Notes: a model not told the origin generated them from the letters alone. A DNA stretch of 64,000 nt from Deltaproteobacteria bacterium (GCA_029262475.1 JAJCZG010000019.1:5789-69788), one strand, 5' to 3'; positions 35,727-46,085 are shown, counted from the first letter of the stretch. Translations and numbers: made by a program.

Positions 35727-37133
35727 TTGAATTACGCGACTATTACAGAAACGGATATGGAGGCACTTCGCGCCATCGTCGGCGAGGAGAATGCTTCCTT
35801 TTCAATAGAAGAGCGCCTCTGTTACGCCTACGACGCGACCAATAGGGATTATATGCCTGACGGCGTGCTCTTCCCGGCTACGGCGGCGGAGATATCGGAG
35901 GTATTTAAGCTCGCAAACGCGCGTCCCTTCCCGGTGATCGCCAGAGGCGCGGGGAGCGGCTTTACCGGCGGGAGCGTCCCGGTCGATGGCGGGGTCGTTC
36001 TCTCCACCGAGCGAATGAACCGGATTATCGAGATAGACACAGAAAATATGACTGCATTGGTCGAACCCGGAGTAGTAAACGGCGACCTCCAGACCGCCGT
36101 GGAGGCCGAAGGGCTTTTTTATCCGCCGGACCCGTCGAGCCTCAAATTTTCTACGATAGGCGGTAATATCGCCGAGTGCGCCGGAGGCCCGAGGGCTGTA
36201 AAGTATGGTGTAACAAGGGACTACGTTCTGGGGCTCGAAGTCGTCTTGCCTACGGGCGAGATAATCCAGACCGGCGTAAAGACGATGAAGGGCGTGGTTG
36301 GTTACGATCTAACGCGCCTTATCGTAGGCTCAGAGGGGACGCTTGGCGTGGTGACGAGGGCGACCTTAAAGCTCGTCGCCCTGCCTGAGACGGTAAAGAC
36401 GATGCTCGCTGTATTTCCGTCGCTATACGCCGCCGCGAGCTCGGTAAACGACATACTCCTCTCTTCGCCGCTCCCATCAACGCTTGAGATAATAGACGGC
36501 GCATGCATAAGGGCCATAAGGGATTTCTCGGGCGGCAAGGCGCTCCCGGAGGCCGAAGCGCTGCTCCTGATAGAGGTAGACGGCACTGATGAGACGGTCT
36601 TGTCGGGTACGGAGACGGTTCGCCGGATATGCGTGGAAGGCGGCGCAACTGAAGTCCGTATAGCCGCTGGTAAGAGAGAAGCCCGGGAGCTATGGCAGGC
36701 GAGGAGGGCGATATCGCCGTCACTAAAGAAGATTAAGCCCGATAAGCTAAATGAAGACGTCGTCGTACCGCGCTCCAATATCCCGGCGCTCATAGAGGGG
36801 ATTCAGGATATAGCCAAAGAGCGAGGGGTAATAATTGCGAGCTTCGGCCACGCCGGGGACGGCAATATCCACGTAAATATAATGATCGACTCCTCCGACC
36901 CGGATGAGGATAAGAGGGGACAGGAGGCGGTAAGGGACGTCTTCGAGCTGACGCTAAAGCTCGGCGGGACGATCTCCGGGGAGCACGGCGTCGGAACTGC
37001 CAAGGCACCATACCTAGGGATGGAACTTAGCGCGGATGTGATAGCCCTTATGCGGCGCGTTAAGGAGAGCTTCGACCCGAACGGAATACTTAATCCGGGG
37101 AAGATATTTTGCTCCGCGCCGATAGAGGGTTAG
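35727..37133 (+). CDS. glcD: FAD-linked oxidase (glycolate oxidase GlcD / D-lactate dehydrogenase family)
   Basis: FAD_binding_4 blocks ARGAGSGFTGGSVP and GVVGYDLTRLIVGSEGTLGVVT. C-terminal GGTISGEHGVG and FDPNGILNPGK. TTG start. Confidence 0.85.
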   Translation: MNYATITETDMEALRAIVGEENASFSIEERLCYAYDATNRDYMPDGVLFPATAAEISEVFKLANARPFPVIARGAGSGFTGGSVPVDGGVVLSTERMNRIIEIDTENMTALVEPGVVNGDLQTAVEAEGLFYPPDPSSLKFSTIGGNIAECAGGPRAVKYGVTRDYVLGLEVVLPTGEIIQTGVKTMKGVVGYDLTRLIVGSEGTLGVVTRATLKLVALPETVKTMLAVFPSLYAAASSVNDILLSSPLPSTLEIIDGACIRAIRDFSGGKALPEAEALLLIEVDGTDETVLSGTETVRRICVEGGATEVRIAAGKREARELWQARRAISPSLKKIKPDKLNEDVVVPRSNIPALIEGIQDIAKERGVIIASFGHAGDGNIHVNIMIDSSDPDEDKRGQEAVRDVFELTLKLGGTISGEHGVGTAKAPYLGMELSADVIALMRRVKESFDPNGILNPGKIFCSAPIEG

Positions 37134-37163
37134 GGGTAAAATGGGATATAAGGTTTTTTTACT

Positions 37164-38456
37164 ATGAAGAAACTCGAAGAATATAGAGACGACCTGGAGC
37201 GGTGCGTTAAGTGCGGCACCTGTAAGACAGGCTGCCCCTCATATACCGTCGCACAGAGGGAGTGGGCGAGCGCGCGCGGCAGGGTCTCTCTCATAAAGGC
37301 GCATCTTGACGGTGATGTCGATTTTTCCGAGAAGTATCTCAGGCAGATAAAAGAGTGCACGCTCTGCGGGGCCTGCTCTTCTGCGTGCCCTAACGAGGTG
37401 CCGGTTCCGAGTATCATCATGGCCGCCAGGGCCGAGCAGGTCGAAGCGGAGGGTCTGCCAACAGGTGCTGCATTCGTCATGAAGAGGATACTCGACTCAA
37501 AACGCCTCGGCCCCCTCGCCCTTAAGGCCGCATCAAAGCTTCAGGGGATAGTCTTTAAAGATGCAGGTGGCATGGAGGCGATGGAACAGAGCGGGCTAGT
37601 GAGCAGGTTTCAGATACCTTACATGCCCATAGGGTGTAAGGACCGTCTCGTGCCGGGGCTTGCTAAAACCTTCTTTATGGATACCCGTCTTGTAAAGAAT
37701 TTAAAGAAAGAGCACGGTAAGGGCGCTCGAAGCGGTGTTAAAGTTGCCTTCTTCGCCGGGTGCGCTATAAACTACCTCCTGCCGCGAATAGGCGAAGCCT
37801 CGCTAAAACTCCTTAATGAGGCAGGTGCGGTAGTAATTGTTCCGAGTGCCCAGGTTTGCTGCGGCATGCCTGCCCTATCCCTGGGCGACACCGATACCGC
37901 AAAGAGCCTGGCTCTTAAGAACCTCGAAGCCTTCGAGGCCGTAGAGGCTGATTTCATCACAACCTCCTGCGCTACATGCACCAGGGCCCTTAAGGACGGT
38001 TTCATGGCGGCCCTTACCGACGACCCGTCGCTTACGGAGAGGGTGCTCAGCTTCTCCGCTAAGGTTCGTGATATTACGGAGCTCCTTGCAAACGAATTCA
38101 ACATTATCCCGCGCCTTAAGGGGGCGGACTCGAAGACCGTAACCTACCACGACCCATGTCACCTGGGGCGCGGCGAAGGCGGAATACGCGACGAACCAAG
38201 AGAGCTTATAGAGAAGAGCGGCCACGCCTTCAGGGAGATGAAACACCCCTGCGGGTGCTGCGGCCTCGGCGGAGGGGTGAGCTTCACAAACTACGACCTT
38301 TCGATGGAAATAATGCGCTCCAAGGCAGAGAATATAAAAGATACCGGGGCCGATATTCTTGCTACCGCATGCCCCGGATGTATGATACAAATAAAAGATG
38401 GTCTGAACCGTTTCGAGGTTAAGGCCGATGTAAAGCATGTAGTCGAGCTCTTTTGA
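37164..38456 (+). CDS. glcF: Fe-S oxidoreductase with two 4Fe-4S motifs and two CCG domains (GlcF-like)
   Basis: CVKCGTCKTGCP and CTLCGACSSACP ferredoxin motifs. CCG-type motifs are present: CCGMP and HDPCH..., and CCG followed later by ACPGC. Confidence 0.82.
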   Translation: MKKLEEYRDDLERCVKCGTCKTGCPSYTVAQREWASARGRVSLIKAHLDGDVDFSEKYLRQIKECTLCGACSSACPNEVPVPSIIMAARAEQVEAEGLPTGAAFVMKRILDSKRLGPLALKAASKLQGIVFKDAGGMEAMEQSGLVSRFQIPYMPIGCKDRLVPGLAKTFFMDTRLVKNLKKEHGKGARSGVKVAFFAGCAINYLLPRIGEASLKLLNEAGAVVIVPSAQVCCGMPALSLGDTDTAKSLALKNLEAFEAVEADFITTSCATCTRALKDGFMAALTDDPSLTERVLSFSAKVRDITELLANEFNIIPRLKGADSKTVTYHDPCHLGRGEGGIRDEPRELIEKSGHAFREMKHPCGCCGLGGGVSFTNYDLSMEIMRSKAENIKDTGADILATACPGCMIQIKDGLNRFEVKADVKHVVELF

Positions 38457-38529
38457 GAGCCCTTGCCGATATGCGCCTTCATGGGCATATTTTTAACAAA
38501 CAAACCAAGAATGAAAGAGGGTTTAATAC

Positions 38530-40662
38530 TTGACGGACCTTATCTTTTGCCTGCACAATCACCAGCCTGTGGGGAACTTCCCGGAGGTGCTCGAAAAAGC
38601 TTACAAAAAATCATACCTTCCGGTACTGGAGACATTCTCAAGGTATCCGGAGTTTAAACTCTCACTCCATATAACCGGTTTTCTACTAGACTGGACCGAG
38701 GCCGAACATCCGGAGTTTATAACGCTCCTTCGTGAGATGATCGAGCGAGGGCAGGTGGAACTCATGGGCGGCGGTTTTTACGAGCCTATCCTCTCTGTCC
38801 TGCCCGAAAGGGACCGCGTCGGGCAGATCCGGATGATGAGCGACAGGATAGAGGAGCTCTTCGGCGTAAGGCCGAGGGGCATGTGGCTCGCCGAGAGGAT
38901 ATGGGACCAGTCGCTTCCGTCGACGATGAAGGCCGCCGGGATGGAGTATGTCGTCGTAGACGATTTCCATTTCATAAAGGCCGGTGTATCGCCCGAAGAT
39001 CTCTCGGGCTACTTTGTGACCGAGGACAGGGGGAGCCCGGTAAATGTATTCGCAGGCTCCGAGCGCATGAGGTATCTAATCCCCTTCCGCTCTCACGACG
39101 AGGTGGAGAATTTCCTCCGTAGCTCCAATGATGAGGATAAGACCGATCTCCTCGTCTACGCCGACGACGGCGAGAAGTTCGGTGTCTGGCCGAAGACCTA
39201 CGAGTGGGTCTTTGAAGAGGGTTGGCTCGAGGGTTTTATGGAGCGCGTCTGCGCCATTAAAGGTACCGTAAACTTCACCACCTTCTCGGAACATATGGAT
39301 AGCTCTGCTCCAGTAGGCAGGGTATACCTTCCGGGGACTTCTTATATGGAGATGGGCGAGTGGACGCTCCCGGCAGAGGCCGGGGCAGCTTACGCCGAGC
39401 TACTAAAATTTATTCATGAGGACGAGAGCCTAAAGCCTGTTAAGCGTTTCCTCCAGGGCGGGACATGGCGGGGCTTCTTCTCTAAATACCCGGAATCTAA
39501 CTGGATGCATAAACGGATGCTTCTGGCGAGCGCTGACCTCCTTGAGGTTGCCGGCAGCATTGACGCCCCGCAAAGGGAAGCCGCGACAAGGCTCCTTTAT
39601 ATGGCGCAGTGTAACGACGCCTACTGGCACGGCGTCTTCGGCGGGTTATATCTACCGCATCTCAGGGGGGCGATATACGACAGTATCCTAAATGCCGAAG
39701 AGGTAACGGATACGCTCCGGGGGAGACCACCCGTAAGTGAAGCCGATGTAGATGCCGACGGAAGCCTGGAGGTCATCCTGAAGTCCGAATCCTTAAACCT
39801 CTTTATCTCTCCCGGGGAGGGTGGTTCCCTGCAAGAGCTCGATTTCCTTCCAAAGAGGATTAACCTCTCGAATACGCTTACGAGGTGGTTCGAGGCCTAT
39901 CATCTGGGGCTCATGAAAGAGGATGATGACGTTGGAGTTAAGGAGCCGGTCGAAGATCTTCGTGAAGAGACCGGTGCGATAGCGACTATCCACGACGCCC
40001 CGACACTAAGCGGTGAAGAGTTAAGGGAATACCTCTTATTTGACTCCGACAAGCGCGCGTCTTTTGTTGAGAGGCTGCTACCCTGCGATATTTCTATCGA
40101 ATCATATAAGGATGGTTCTTTTGAGGAGCTTGATTTTATAAACGGCGGGCCTCTTGACTACGAACTAAGAGATAAAGGGATCGTATTTACGAGCGTAGAC
40201 GGCGCGGCCGGCACACACGCTCCACTGATGGATAAGGAATATACCCTGACAGGCCCCGGTTCATTCCGGGTCGATTACTCCCTTTCAAGGCCGCTTACGG
40301 TTGGAGAGGAAGAGGGCGCGCGTTTTGCCGTGGAGCTTAACCTTATACTTCCTGCATGCGACGGCCCGGCAACGCGTTTTCTCTTCGAAGAGGGCGCGCT
40401 TGTCGGTGACGACCACGGTCTTGCCGTAACCGGCGCTCTCAAATCCGTAAAAGAGATAGCCCTTGAGGACTTGCATACCGGCGTAAGGGTTACGATAGAG
40501 GCCGACAGGGCGGCTACCCTATGGCGCTTCCCCATAGAGACGTTATCCCAGTCCGAGGCTGGTTTTGAGAGGATATTCCAGGGCTCGTGCCTGGTCTTTC
40601 TATATGAGCCGGGAGATGCGCCTTTTAAGTGCGGCTTTAATGTCACTGTGGAAGAGATTTGA
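38530..40662 (+). CDS. glycoside hydrolase family 57 enzyme (alpha-amylase / 4-alpha-glucanotransferase type)
   Basis: N-terminal LHNHQPVGNF, GQVELMGGGFYEPIL, WLAERIW, and DDGEKFG (GH57 catalytic-region motifs). 710 aa. TTG start. Confidence 0.85.
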   Translation: MTDLIFCLHNHQPVGNFPEVLEKAYKKSYLPVLETFSRYPEFKLSLHITGFLLDWTEAEHPEFITLLREMIERGQVELMGGGFYEPILSVLPERDRVGQIRMMSDRIEELFGVRPRGMWLAERIWDQSLPSTMKAAGMEYVVVDDFHFIKAGVSPEDLSGYFVTEDRGSPVNVFAGSERMRYLIPFRSHDEVENFLRSSNDEDKTDLLVYADDGEKFGVWPKTYEWVFEEGWLEGFMERVCAIKGTVNFTTFSEHMDSSAPVGRVYLPGTSYMEMGEWTLPAEAGAAYAELLKFIHEDESLKPVKRFLQGGTWRGFFSKYPESNWMHKRMLLASADLLEVAGSIDAPQREAATRLLYMAQCNDAYWHGVFGGLYLPHLRGAIYDSILNAEEVTDTLRGRPPVSEADVDADGSLEVILKSESLNLFISPGEGGSLQELDFLPKRINLSNTLTRWFEAYHLGLMKEDDDVGVKEPVEDLREETGAIATIHDAPTLSGEELREYLLFDSDKRASFVERLLPCDISIESYKDGSFEELDFINGGPLDYELRDKGIVFTSVDGAAGTHAPLMDKEYTLTGPGSFRVDYSLSRPLTVGEEEGARFAVELNLILPACDGPATRFLFEEGALVGDDHGLAVTGALKSVKEIALEDLHTGVRVTIEADRAATLWRFPIETLSQSEAGFERIFQGSCLVFLYEPGDAPFKCGFNVTVEEI

Positions 40663-40686
40663 CTTTAAGAGAGGGGTTTTATTACT

Positions 40687-41223
40687 GTGGCTGCTACCGA
40701 AGACGAACTTAGAGAAAAGGCATCAAGGGTTAAGCTCTTGATCCTCGACGTTGACGGGGTCTTAACCGACGGCGGCATTATATATACCGCTAGCGGGGAT
40801 GAGTTAAAACGCTTTGACGTAAAGGACGGACACGGCATAAAACTCCTACAGCGATGCGGCGTGAGGGTAGCCATCGTCACCGCCAGGGAGTCGGAGGTGG
40901 TTTGTAAAAGGGCCGCTGATCTCGGGATAGAGTTCGTATACCAGGGCGCGAAGGAGAAGCTCAAGGCATTTAACGATATACTGGAGCGGACCGGCGTCTT
41001 ACCCGAAGAGACGGCCTACATAGGAGACGATCTTATTGATATTCCGGTTCTTAAGAGGGTCGGGCTCTCGGTAGCCGTAGCGGACGCCGTCGGCGAGACA
41101 CTCTTAATCGCCGATTACGTCACAAAGAAGCCAGGCGGGCGGGGTGCGGTTCGTGAGGCGACCGAGCTGATACTGAAGCTCTCCGGAAGGTGGGAGGAGG
41201 TCACCTCGCGGTATTTCGTATAA
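40687..41223 (+). CDS. kdsC: 3-deoxy-D-manno-octulosonate 8-phosphate phosphatase KdsC (HAD family)
   Basis: LLILDVDGVLTDG, FDVKDGHGIK, and YIGDDLIDIP. It lies upstream of lptC, as in the canonical locus. Confidence 0.9.
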   Translation: MAATEDELREKASRVKLLILDVDGVLTDGGIIYTASGDELKRFDVKDGHGIKLLQRCGVRVAIVTARESEVVCKRAADLGIEFVYQGAKEKLKAFNDILERTGVLPEETAYIGDDLIDIPVLKRVGLSVAVADAVGETLLIADYVTKKPGGRGAVREATELILKLSGRWEEVTSRYFV

Positions 41224-41252
41224 TAAGAGACGTAGCTTTGCGATTCTTACGC

Positions 41253-41289
41253 CGGAGGGGCGGATAAAGAGCCCTTCCGATGTTTTTTT
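41253..41289 (+). terminator. rho-independent terminator after kdsC
   Basis: 8-bp stem cggagggg/cccttccg with one G-U pair, followed by aTGTTTTTTT. Confidence 0.65.
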
Positions 41290-41357
41290 CTTATGCTGCT
41301 AAGTAAGTTAGCCTTGAAGAGACCACGACTTCCCCCGCGCTCTTATGGACAAAAACC

Positions 41358-41387
41358 TTTACACCTCGCCGCCCCTGATGGTATAAT
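41358..41387 (+). promoter_or_regulatory. candidate extended -10 promoter, TTTACA-N18-(TGg)TATAAT, for lptC-lptA-lptB-rpoN...
   Basis: Hexamers and spacer counted in the sequence. A TG lies at -15/-14. Confidence 0.5.
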
Positions 41388-41456
41388 TTCTTAAAAAGTA
41401 CGCCATGTTCCCTTCTTCGGGAACGGTTTTTGCTTGCATGCGTCGGAACGGTTTTC

Positions 41457-42026
41457 ATGAAGGGGATTCTCAGGAAAATATTACTGCTCGGTATAGTGAT
41501 GTCGATAGGCGCTCTCGCCTTCTTCGCCTATATGAGCTATAAGCTAAAGCATGAGATTCCGGTCTCCTTTGAGTCGATTGAAGTGACCGAAAGCGGCGGG
41601 GTTAAGATCAATAAGGTCTCTTACTCCGGCACCAGGGACGGGCGCATAGCCTGGGAGCTTGAAGCCGAAAGTGCAACCCACTTTAAGGCCGATGACCTGA
41701 CTCTTCTTGAGGATGTAAGGCTTACGCTCTACTCCAGTGCCGGAGACACCTTTCACCTGAAGAGCGATAAGGCGAGATATAACGGAGAAACGGAACTTAT
41801 AGAGGCCACTGGCGGTGTCGTCGTCGAGAGTAAGGACGGTTACCTGCTCGTTACGGATACACTTAATTTTCTAAACGGCTCCGGTGAGATAAAGACAGAC
41901 GCAGGTGTAAAGATCACGACGGATCGGATGGTCGTCGAGGGCAGGGGCCTTGTTATTGAGATTGAGAGCGGCAAAATGAAGATTCTGGGTAACGTAAGGG
42001 CGAAGGTCAAGGATGCTACTTTATAG
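41457..42026 (+). CDS. lptC: LPS export system protein LptC
   Basis: N-terminal TM anchor MKGILRKILLLGIVMSIGALAFFAY followed by an OstA-like beta-jellyroll region. Assigned partly by its position before lptA. The ORF is also open from the TTG at 41430. Confidence 0.75.
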   Translation: MKGILRKILLLGIVMSIGALAFFAYMSYKLKHEIPVSFESIEVTESGGVKINKVSYSGTRDGRIAWELEAESATHFKADDLTLLEDVRLTLYSSAGDTFHLKSDKARYNGETELIEATGGVVVESKDGYLLVTDTLNFLNGSGEIKTDAGVKITTDRMVVEGRGLVIEIESGKMKILGNVRAKVKDATL

Positions 42027-42564
42027 GGTTTTAACGGTTCTAGTAACGGTCTTTTTAGCGTCCATTGCCTTTTCTTCTCCGTCATTAGCTAAAGATATCG
42101 CAGGCGGTGTCGAGAGAGGCGCGTTTAAAAAGCCCCTTACTATTGACGCATCCGTAATGGAGGTCGATAAAGGCGGCGGTAAAGTCGTCTTCAAGGGAGA
42201 CGTGGAGGCTCGCGAGACCTTTATCCTCTGTTCGGATGAGCTTCATGTCCATTATAGTGAAGGCCAGGATGTAACGGATATTATCGCCATCGGGAATGTG
42301 AGGCTGCTTAAGGACGGAAAGGTCGCCAGGGCAGGCAGAGCCACTTACGGAAGGTTGGACGGCACAATGGTACTTACTGAGAACCCGAGCATAACACAGT
42401 GTAGCGACAAGGTCGTCGGCACGAAGATTACCTTTAACGTCAATAGTGAGACCGCCTTGATAGAGGGCGGCAAGGGCGGTCGCGTAAGGGCGGTAATAAT
42501 GCCTGGCAAGGAATGCACCGGAGAAGATGGTATTGAAGAAGATTTCTGTAAAAGGACTCGTTAA
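42013..42564 (+). CDS. lptA: LPS transport periplasmic protein LptA
   Basis: Signal peptide ...SSPSLA|K. OstA_N-type repeats (VFKGDVEA..., GNVRLLKDGKVARAGRATY). Confidence 0.82.
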   Translation: MLLYRVLTVLVTVFLASIAFSSPSLAKDIAGGVERGAFKKPLTIDASVMEVDKGGGKVVFKGDVEARETFILCSDELHVHYSEGQDVTDIIAIGNVRLLKDGKVARAGRATYGRLDGTMVLTENPSITQCSDKVVGTKITFNVNSETALIEGGKGGRVRAVIMPGKECTGEDGIEEDFCKRTR

Positions 42565-43264
42565 ATCATATAAACGCAGAGAGGTTGTATGTGGTATAAG
42601 CCTCGAGATGGCGTGCGGTGAGGTTGTAGGCCTTCTTGGGCCAAACGGGGCGGGCAAGACGACGACATTCTATATGATAGTCGGACTCGTCACCCCCGAC
42701 AGCGGGAAGGTTTTTATCTCCGAAGACGATATTACCGATATGCCGATGTTTGAGCGTGCCCGGGCCGGTATCAGCTACCTGCCGCAAGAGCCTTCCGTCT
42801 TCAGGAAGCTAACGGTCTCTGAAAATATCAGGGCGCTCCTTGAGTTCCAGAAGATTCCTGAGCCGGAGATGGCTATGCGCGAGTCTTTTCTCCTCGAAGA
42901 GCTTGGTATCTCGCACCTTGCCGATATAAAGGCTTACGCACTCTCCGGTGGAGAGAGGCGGCGTGTGGAGATAGCCAGGGCGCTCGTTAATTCGCCATCT
43001 TTTATACTCCTTGACGAGCCCTTCTCCGGAATAGACCCTAAGGCGGTAGAAGATATCCAGGGCATAGTCAAAGATCTCAGGGATAAAGGCATCGGCATAC
43101 TCATTACCGACCATAACGTTAACGCCACGCTCGGTATATGCGACAGGGCGTATATTATAGATTCCGGTAAGCTTTTAAAAGAAGGCACTCCACAGGATGT
43201 GCTCGGGTGTAGCCGCGTGAGAGAAGTTTATCTGGGAGAGGGTTTTAGCCCGCATATGATTTAA
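42527..43264 (+). CDS. lptB: LPS export ABC transporter ATP-binding protein LptB
   Basis: Walker A GLLGPNGAGKTT, signature LSGGERRRVEIARAL, Walker B ILLDEPFSGIDP, and H-loop ITDHN. Confidence 0.95.
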   Translation: MVLKKISVKGLVKSYKRREVVCGISLEMACGEVVGLLGPNGAGKTTTFYMIVGLVTPDSGKVFISEDDITDMPMFERARAGISYLPQEPSVFRKLTVSENIRALLEFQKIPEPEMAMRESFLLEELGISHLADIKAYALSGGERRRVEIARALVNSPSFILLDEPFSGIDPKAVEDIQGIVKDLRDKGIGILITDHNVNATLGICDRAYIIDSGKLLKEGTPQDVLGCSRVREVYLGEGFSPHMI

Positions 43265-43319
43265 GAGTATCTCCCTGGAAGTAACGTAAACTCTAACTTC
43301 TTTAAGGTAAAGGTTTTAT

Positions 43320-44768
43320 ATGGCCTTTGAACTCAGGCAGGAACTAAGACTCTCTCAGTCGCTTGTCATGACCCCCCAGCTGCAGCAGGCTATTAAGCTT
43401 TTGCAGCTTTCAAGGCTCGAACTCGTTGAAGAGGTAAAACAAGAGATCGAGGAGAACCCCATGCTTGAGTGCGCCGAAGTGACGGATACCGCCGAGGTGA
43501 CCAATGAGCTTGAGGCGAAGAGCGCCGATACCGCTGAGCTGGACTGGCAGTCGTATCTCGAAGGGATCTCCGGGGATTACAGTGGAAAGGGCTCTCTGAA
43601 CTTCAGCGACAGGGTTGAGGACAGCTACATCGATACGCTCTCAAACGTCTCGGGCGGGATAAAGGAACACCTCATGGAGCAGCTTAAGCTCTCCTCCCTG
43701 AGCGGAGAAGATATCGATCTGGGTTTTTTTATAATAGGAAATATAGACGACGACGGTTACCTGAGGGTGGTAGACGAAAACGACCTCGACCCGACCGTCT
43801 GCGAGGATATGGCCCTGGAGGAGATTGGCCGGAACACAGGCGCCTCTATCTGCGACGTAGAGAGGGTGCTCGGTGTTATTCAGGACTTCGACCCGGCGGG
43901 GGTATGCGCCAGGAGCACTCGGGAGTCGCTCCTTCTCCAGGCGGCACGGCTGCCCGTAAGGGATACCGTGGTTGAGGAGATAATAAGAAATCACCTGACC
44001 CCGCTTGCCAATAAGAACTATAAGCTCATCGCCTCCAAACTCTCCGTCACATTCGACGATGTTATTGACGCGGTGAAGATAATAGTAACGCAGCTTAACC
44101 CGATGCCCGGCTCCGGCTTCGGCGCAGATGAATCGAGGGCAGTGATCCCGGATGTCTATATCACCAAGGTGGACGGCAGATATGTTGTAAACCAGAACGA
44201 CAATGGTCTCCCGAAGCTAAAGATTAGTCCGTATTACAGGCAGCTTCTTAGCGCGAACGGCGGGATGAAGGGCGAGACCAAGGAGTATATTCAGGAGCGC
44301 TTCAAGAGCGCGCTGTGGCTCATCAAGAGCGTGCACCAACGCAGGAGGACGATAATACGCGTAGTGGAGAGTATAGTGCGTTTTCAACGCCAGTTCCTGG
44401 ATAAGGGCGTGCAATACTTAAAACCCCTTACGCTTAAGGACGTGGCCGAAGACATCGGCATGCACGAGTCCACCGTAAGCCGTGTGACGTCGAATAAATA
44501 CGCGGATACGCCGAGGGGGATACTGAGGCTCAAATATTTCTTCTCTAACTCCATGAGCGGCGTTGACGGCTCAGACGTGGCGGTAGAGTATATCAAGAAG
44601 AAGATAAAGGGGCTTGTGGAGGTGGAGAACTCCATGAAGCCGCTAAGTGACATGAAGATCGTCGATAACTTAAAAGGTGACGGTATAGTTCTTTCGAGGA
44701 GAACCGTTACGAAATACAGAGAGGCAATGGGGATATTATCATCCCACAAGAGGAAGAGTTATCTTTAG
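43320..44768 (+). CDS. rpoN: RNA polymerase sigma-54 factor RpoN
   Basis: N-terminal LTPQLQQAIKLLQLSRLEL. C-terminal HTH plus RpoN box ARRTVTKYRE-like (SRRTVTKYREAMGI). Confidence 0.96.
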   Translation: MAFELRQELRLSQSLVMTPQLQQAIKLLQLSRLELVEEVKQEIEENPMLECAEVTDTAEVTNELEAKSADTAELDWQSYLEGISGDYSGKGSLNFSDRVEDSYIDTLSNVSGGIKEHLMEQLKLSSLSGEDIDLGFFIIGNIDDDGYLRVVDENDLDPTVCEDMALEEIGRNTGASICDVERVLGVIQDFDPAGVCARSTRESLLLQAARLPVRDTVVEEIIRNHLTPLANKNYKLIASKLSVTFDDVIDAVKIIVTQLNPMPGSGFGADESRAVIPDVYITKVDGRYVVNQNDNGLPKLKISPYYRQLLSANGGMKGETKEYIQERFKSALWLIKSVHQRRRTIIRVVESIVRFQRQFLDKGVQYLKPLTLKDVAEDIGMHESTVSRVTSNKYADTPRGILRLKYFFSNSMSGVDGSDVAVEYIKKKIKGLVEVENSMKPLSDMKIVDNLKGDGIVLSRRTVTKYREAMGILSSHKRKSYL

Positions 44769-44878
44769 CGGAAGGGCTCCGTGAAATCGGCCTCTCATTA
44801 ATCTGGCTCATATAGGGCCGCCGTCAGGCGAGCGCCTATTTGTAATATCTAGAAAATATTATATATCAAGGAGGAAAT

Positions 44879-45433
44879 ATGCAGGTTACGGTTACATTCA
44901 AAAATATCGATTCATCGGATGCGGTAAGGGATCACGCGGTTGATAAGTCTCAACGTTTTTCAAAATACGTATCCGGAGTTATCGAGGTTCACTGGTTTCT
45001 TTCGGTTGAAAAAATAAGGCATCAGGCCGACGTCACGATCATGGCTAACGGCGTAAAGATACAAGCCCATGAAGTGAGTGAAGATATGTACAGCGCTATC
45101 GACATGGCCTCCGATAAGCTCGAAAAGCAGCTTCGTAAGCATAAGGATAAGATCACGGACCATCATAAGACTCCCCACGGTGGCGTTCCTGAGATGCCTT
45201 ACGGGGTGTCCGACGATGACGCTTCTCTTGAAGCGTCCGAGGAAAACTCTTCCCCGAAGGTGGTCGAGACCTCCAACTATTTCATTAAGCCGATGTCCAC
45301 CGAAGAGGCGAGCCTGCAGATGGGTATCTCCGGCGACGATTTCCTTGTCTTCACCAATGCGTCCACCAATGGCGTGAATGTGCTCTTCCGGAGATCCGAC
45401 GGTAATTACGGACTTATAGAGACTACAAGCTAA
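44879..45433 (+). CDS. hpf: ribosome hibernation promoting factor, long form
   Basis: The S30AE domain begins with (M)QVTVTFKNI at the N-terminus and includes AIDMASDKLEKQLRKHK. The C-terminal dimerisation domain includes KPMSTEEASLQM, FLVFTNASTNGVNVLFRRSDGNYGLIE. Confidence 0.92.
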   Translation: MQVTVTFKNIDSSDAVRDHAVDKSQRFSKYVSGVIEVHWFLSVEKIRHQADVTIMANGVKIQAHEVSEDMYSAIDMASDKLEKQLRKHKDKITDHHKTPHGGVPEMPYGVSDDDASLEASEENSSPKVVETSNYFIKPMSTEEASLQMGISGDDFLVFTNASTNGVNVLFRRSDGNYGLIETTS

Positions 45434-45520
45434 AGAAGGTTTTCACGGCGTTTTTGGCCGTCCGGTTACGAATATTACTAAGCGAAGGGGCCGCCTTGTA
45501 GCGGTCTAAGGTGATTATAG

Positions 45521-45982
45521 ATGAGACTCGAAGATCTACTGATCGAGAAGAATATTATTCCGGATCTAAGTGCGAGTGAAAAGCGCGGCCTCCTTGACGA
45601 GATGGTGGAGGTTATTGTCTCAAACGAGAAGTCCCTTGGCAGGGACGAGCTCCTGGAGATACTCCTCGAAAGAGAACAGCTTGGAAGTACCGGCATAGGT
45701 CACGGCGTGGCGATACCGCACGGTAAGATAAGCGGGCTGAAACAAATCATCGTCTCCTTTGGCAGGAGTAAAAGGGGTATTGATTTCCAGTCCATGGACG
45801 AAGAGCCCGTTCACCTCTTCTTCATGATAATAGCTCCCGAGAACTCCACAGCGGCTCACCTGAAAGTGCTCTCCAATATATCGAGGATACTTAAAGACAG
45901 CGCCATGAGAAAGAAGCTCCTTAAGGCCGCAAGCCGCGAGGATATCTACAGCATTATCATAGAAGCGGATAGAACGCTTTAA
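45521..45982 (+). CDS. ptsN: PTS IIA-like nitrogen-regulatory protein PtsN (EIIA-Ntr)
   Basis: REQLGSTGIGHGVAIPHGK contains the phosphorylatable His. 153 aa. It lies after hpf. Confidence 0.9.
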   Translation: MRLEDLLIEKNIIPDLSASEKRGLLDEMVEVIVSNEKSLGRDELLEILLEREQLGSTGIGHGVAIPHGKISGLKQIIVSFGRSKRGIDFQSMDEEPVHLFFMIIAPENSTAAHLKVLSNISRILKDSAMRKKLLKAASREDIYSIIIEADRTL

Positions 45983-46085
45983 CGCCATTAACTCTACTTG
46001 CGGAAGCTGCGGCTTCTTTCCCCTAATCGGTCTATTTTCTCCGGGAGAGAGGGGCTCGGCCTGGCGAGCGGGCGAGGACTTTAAT

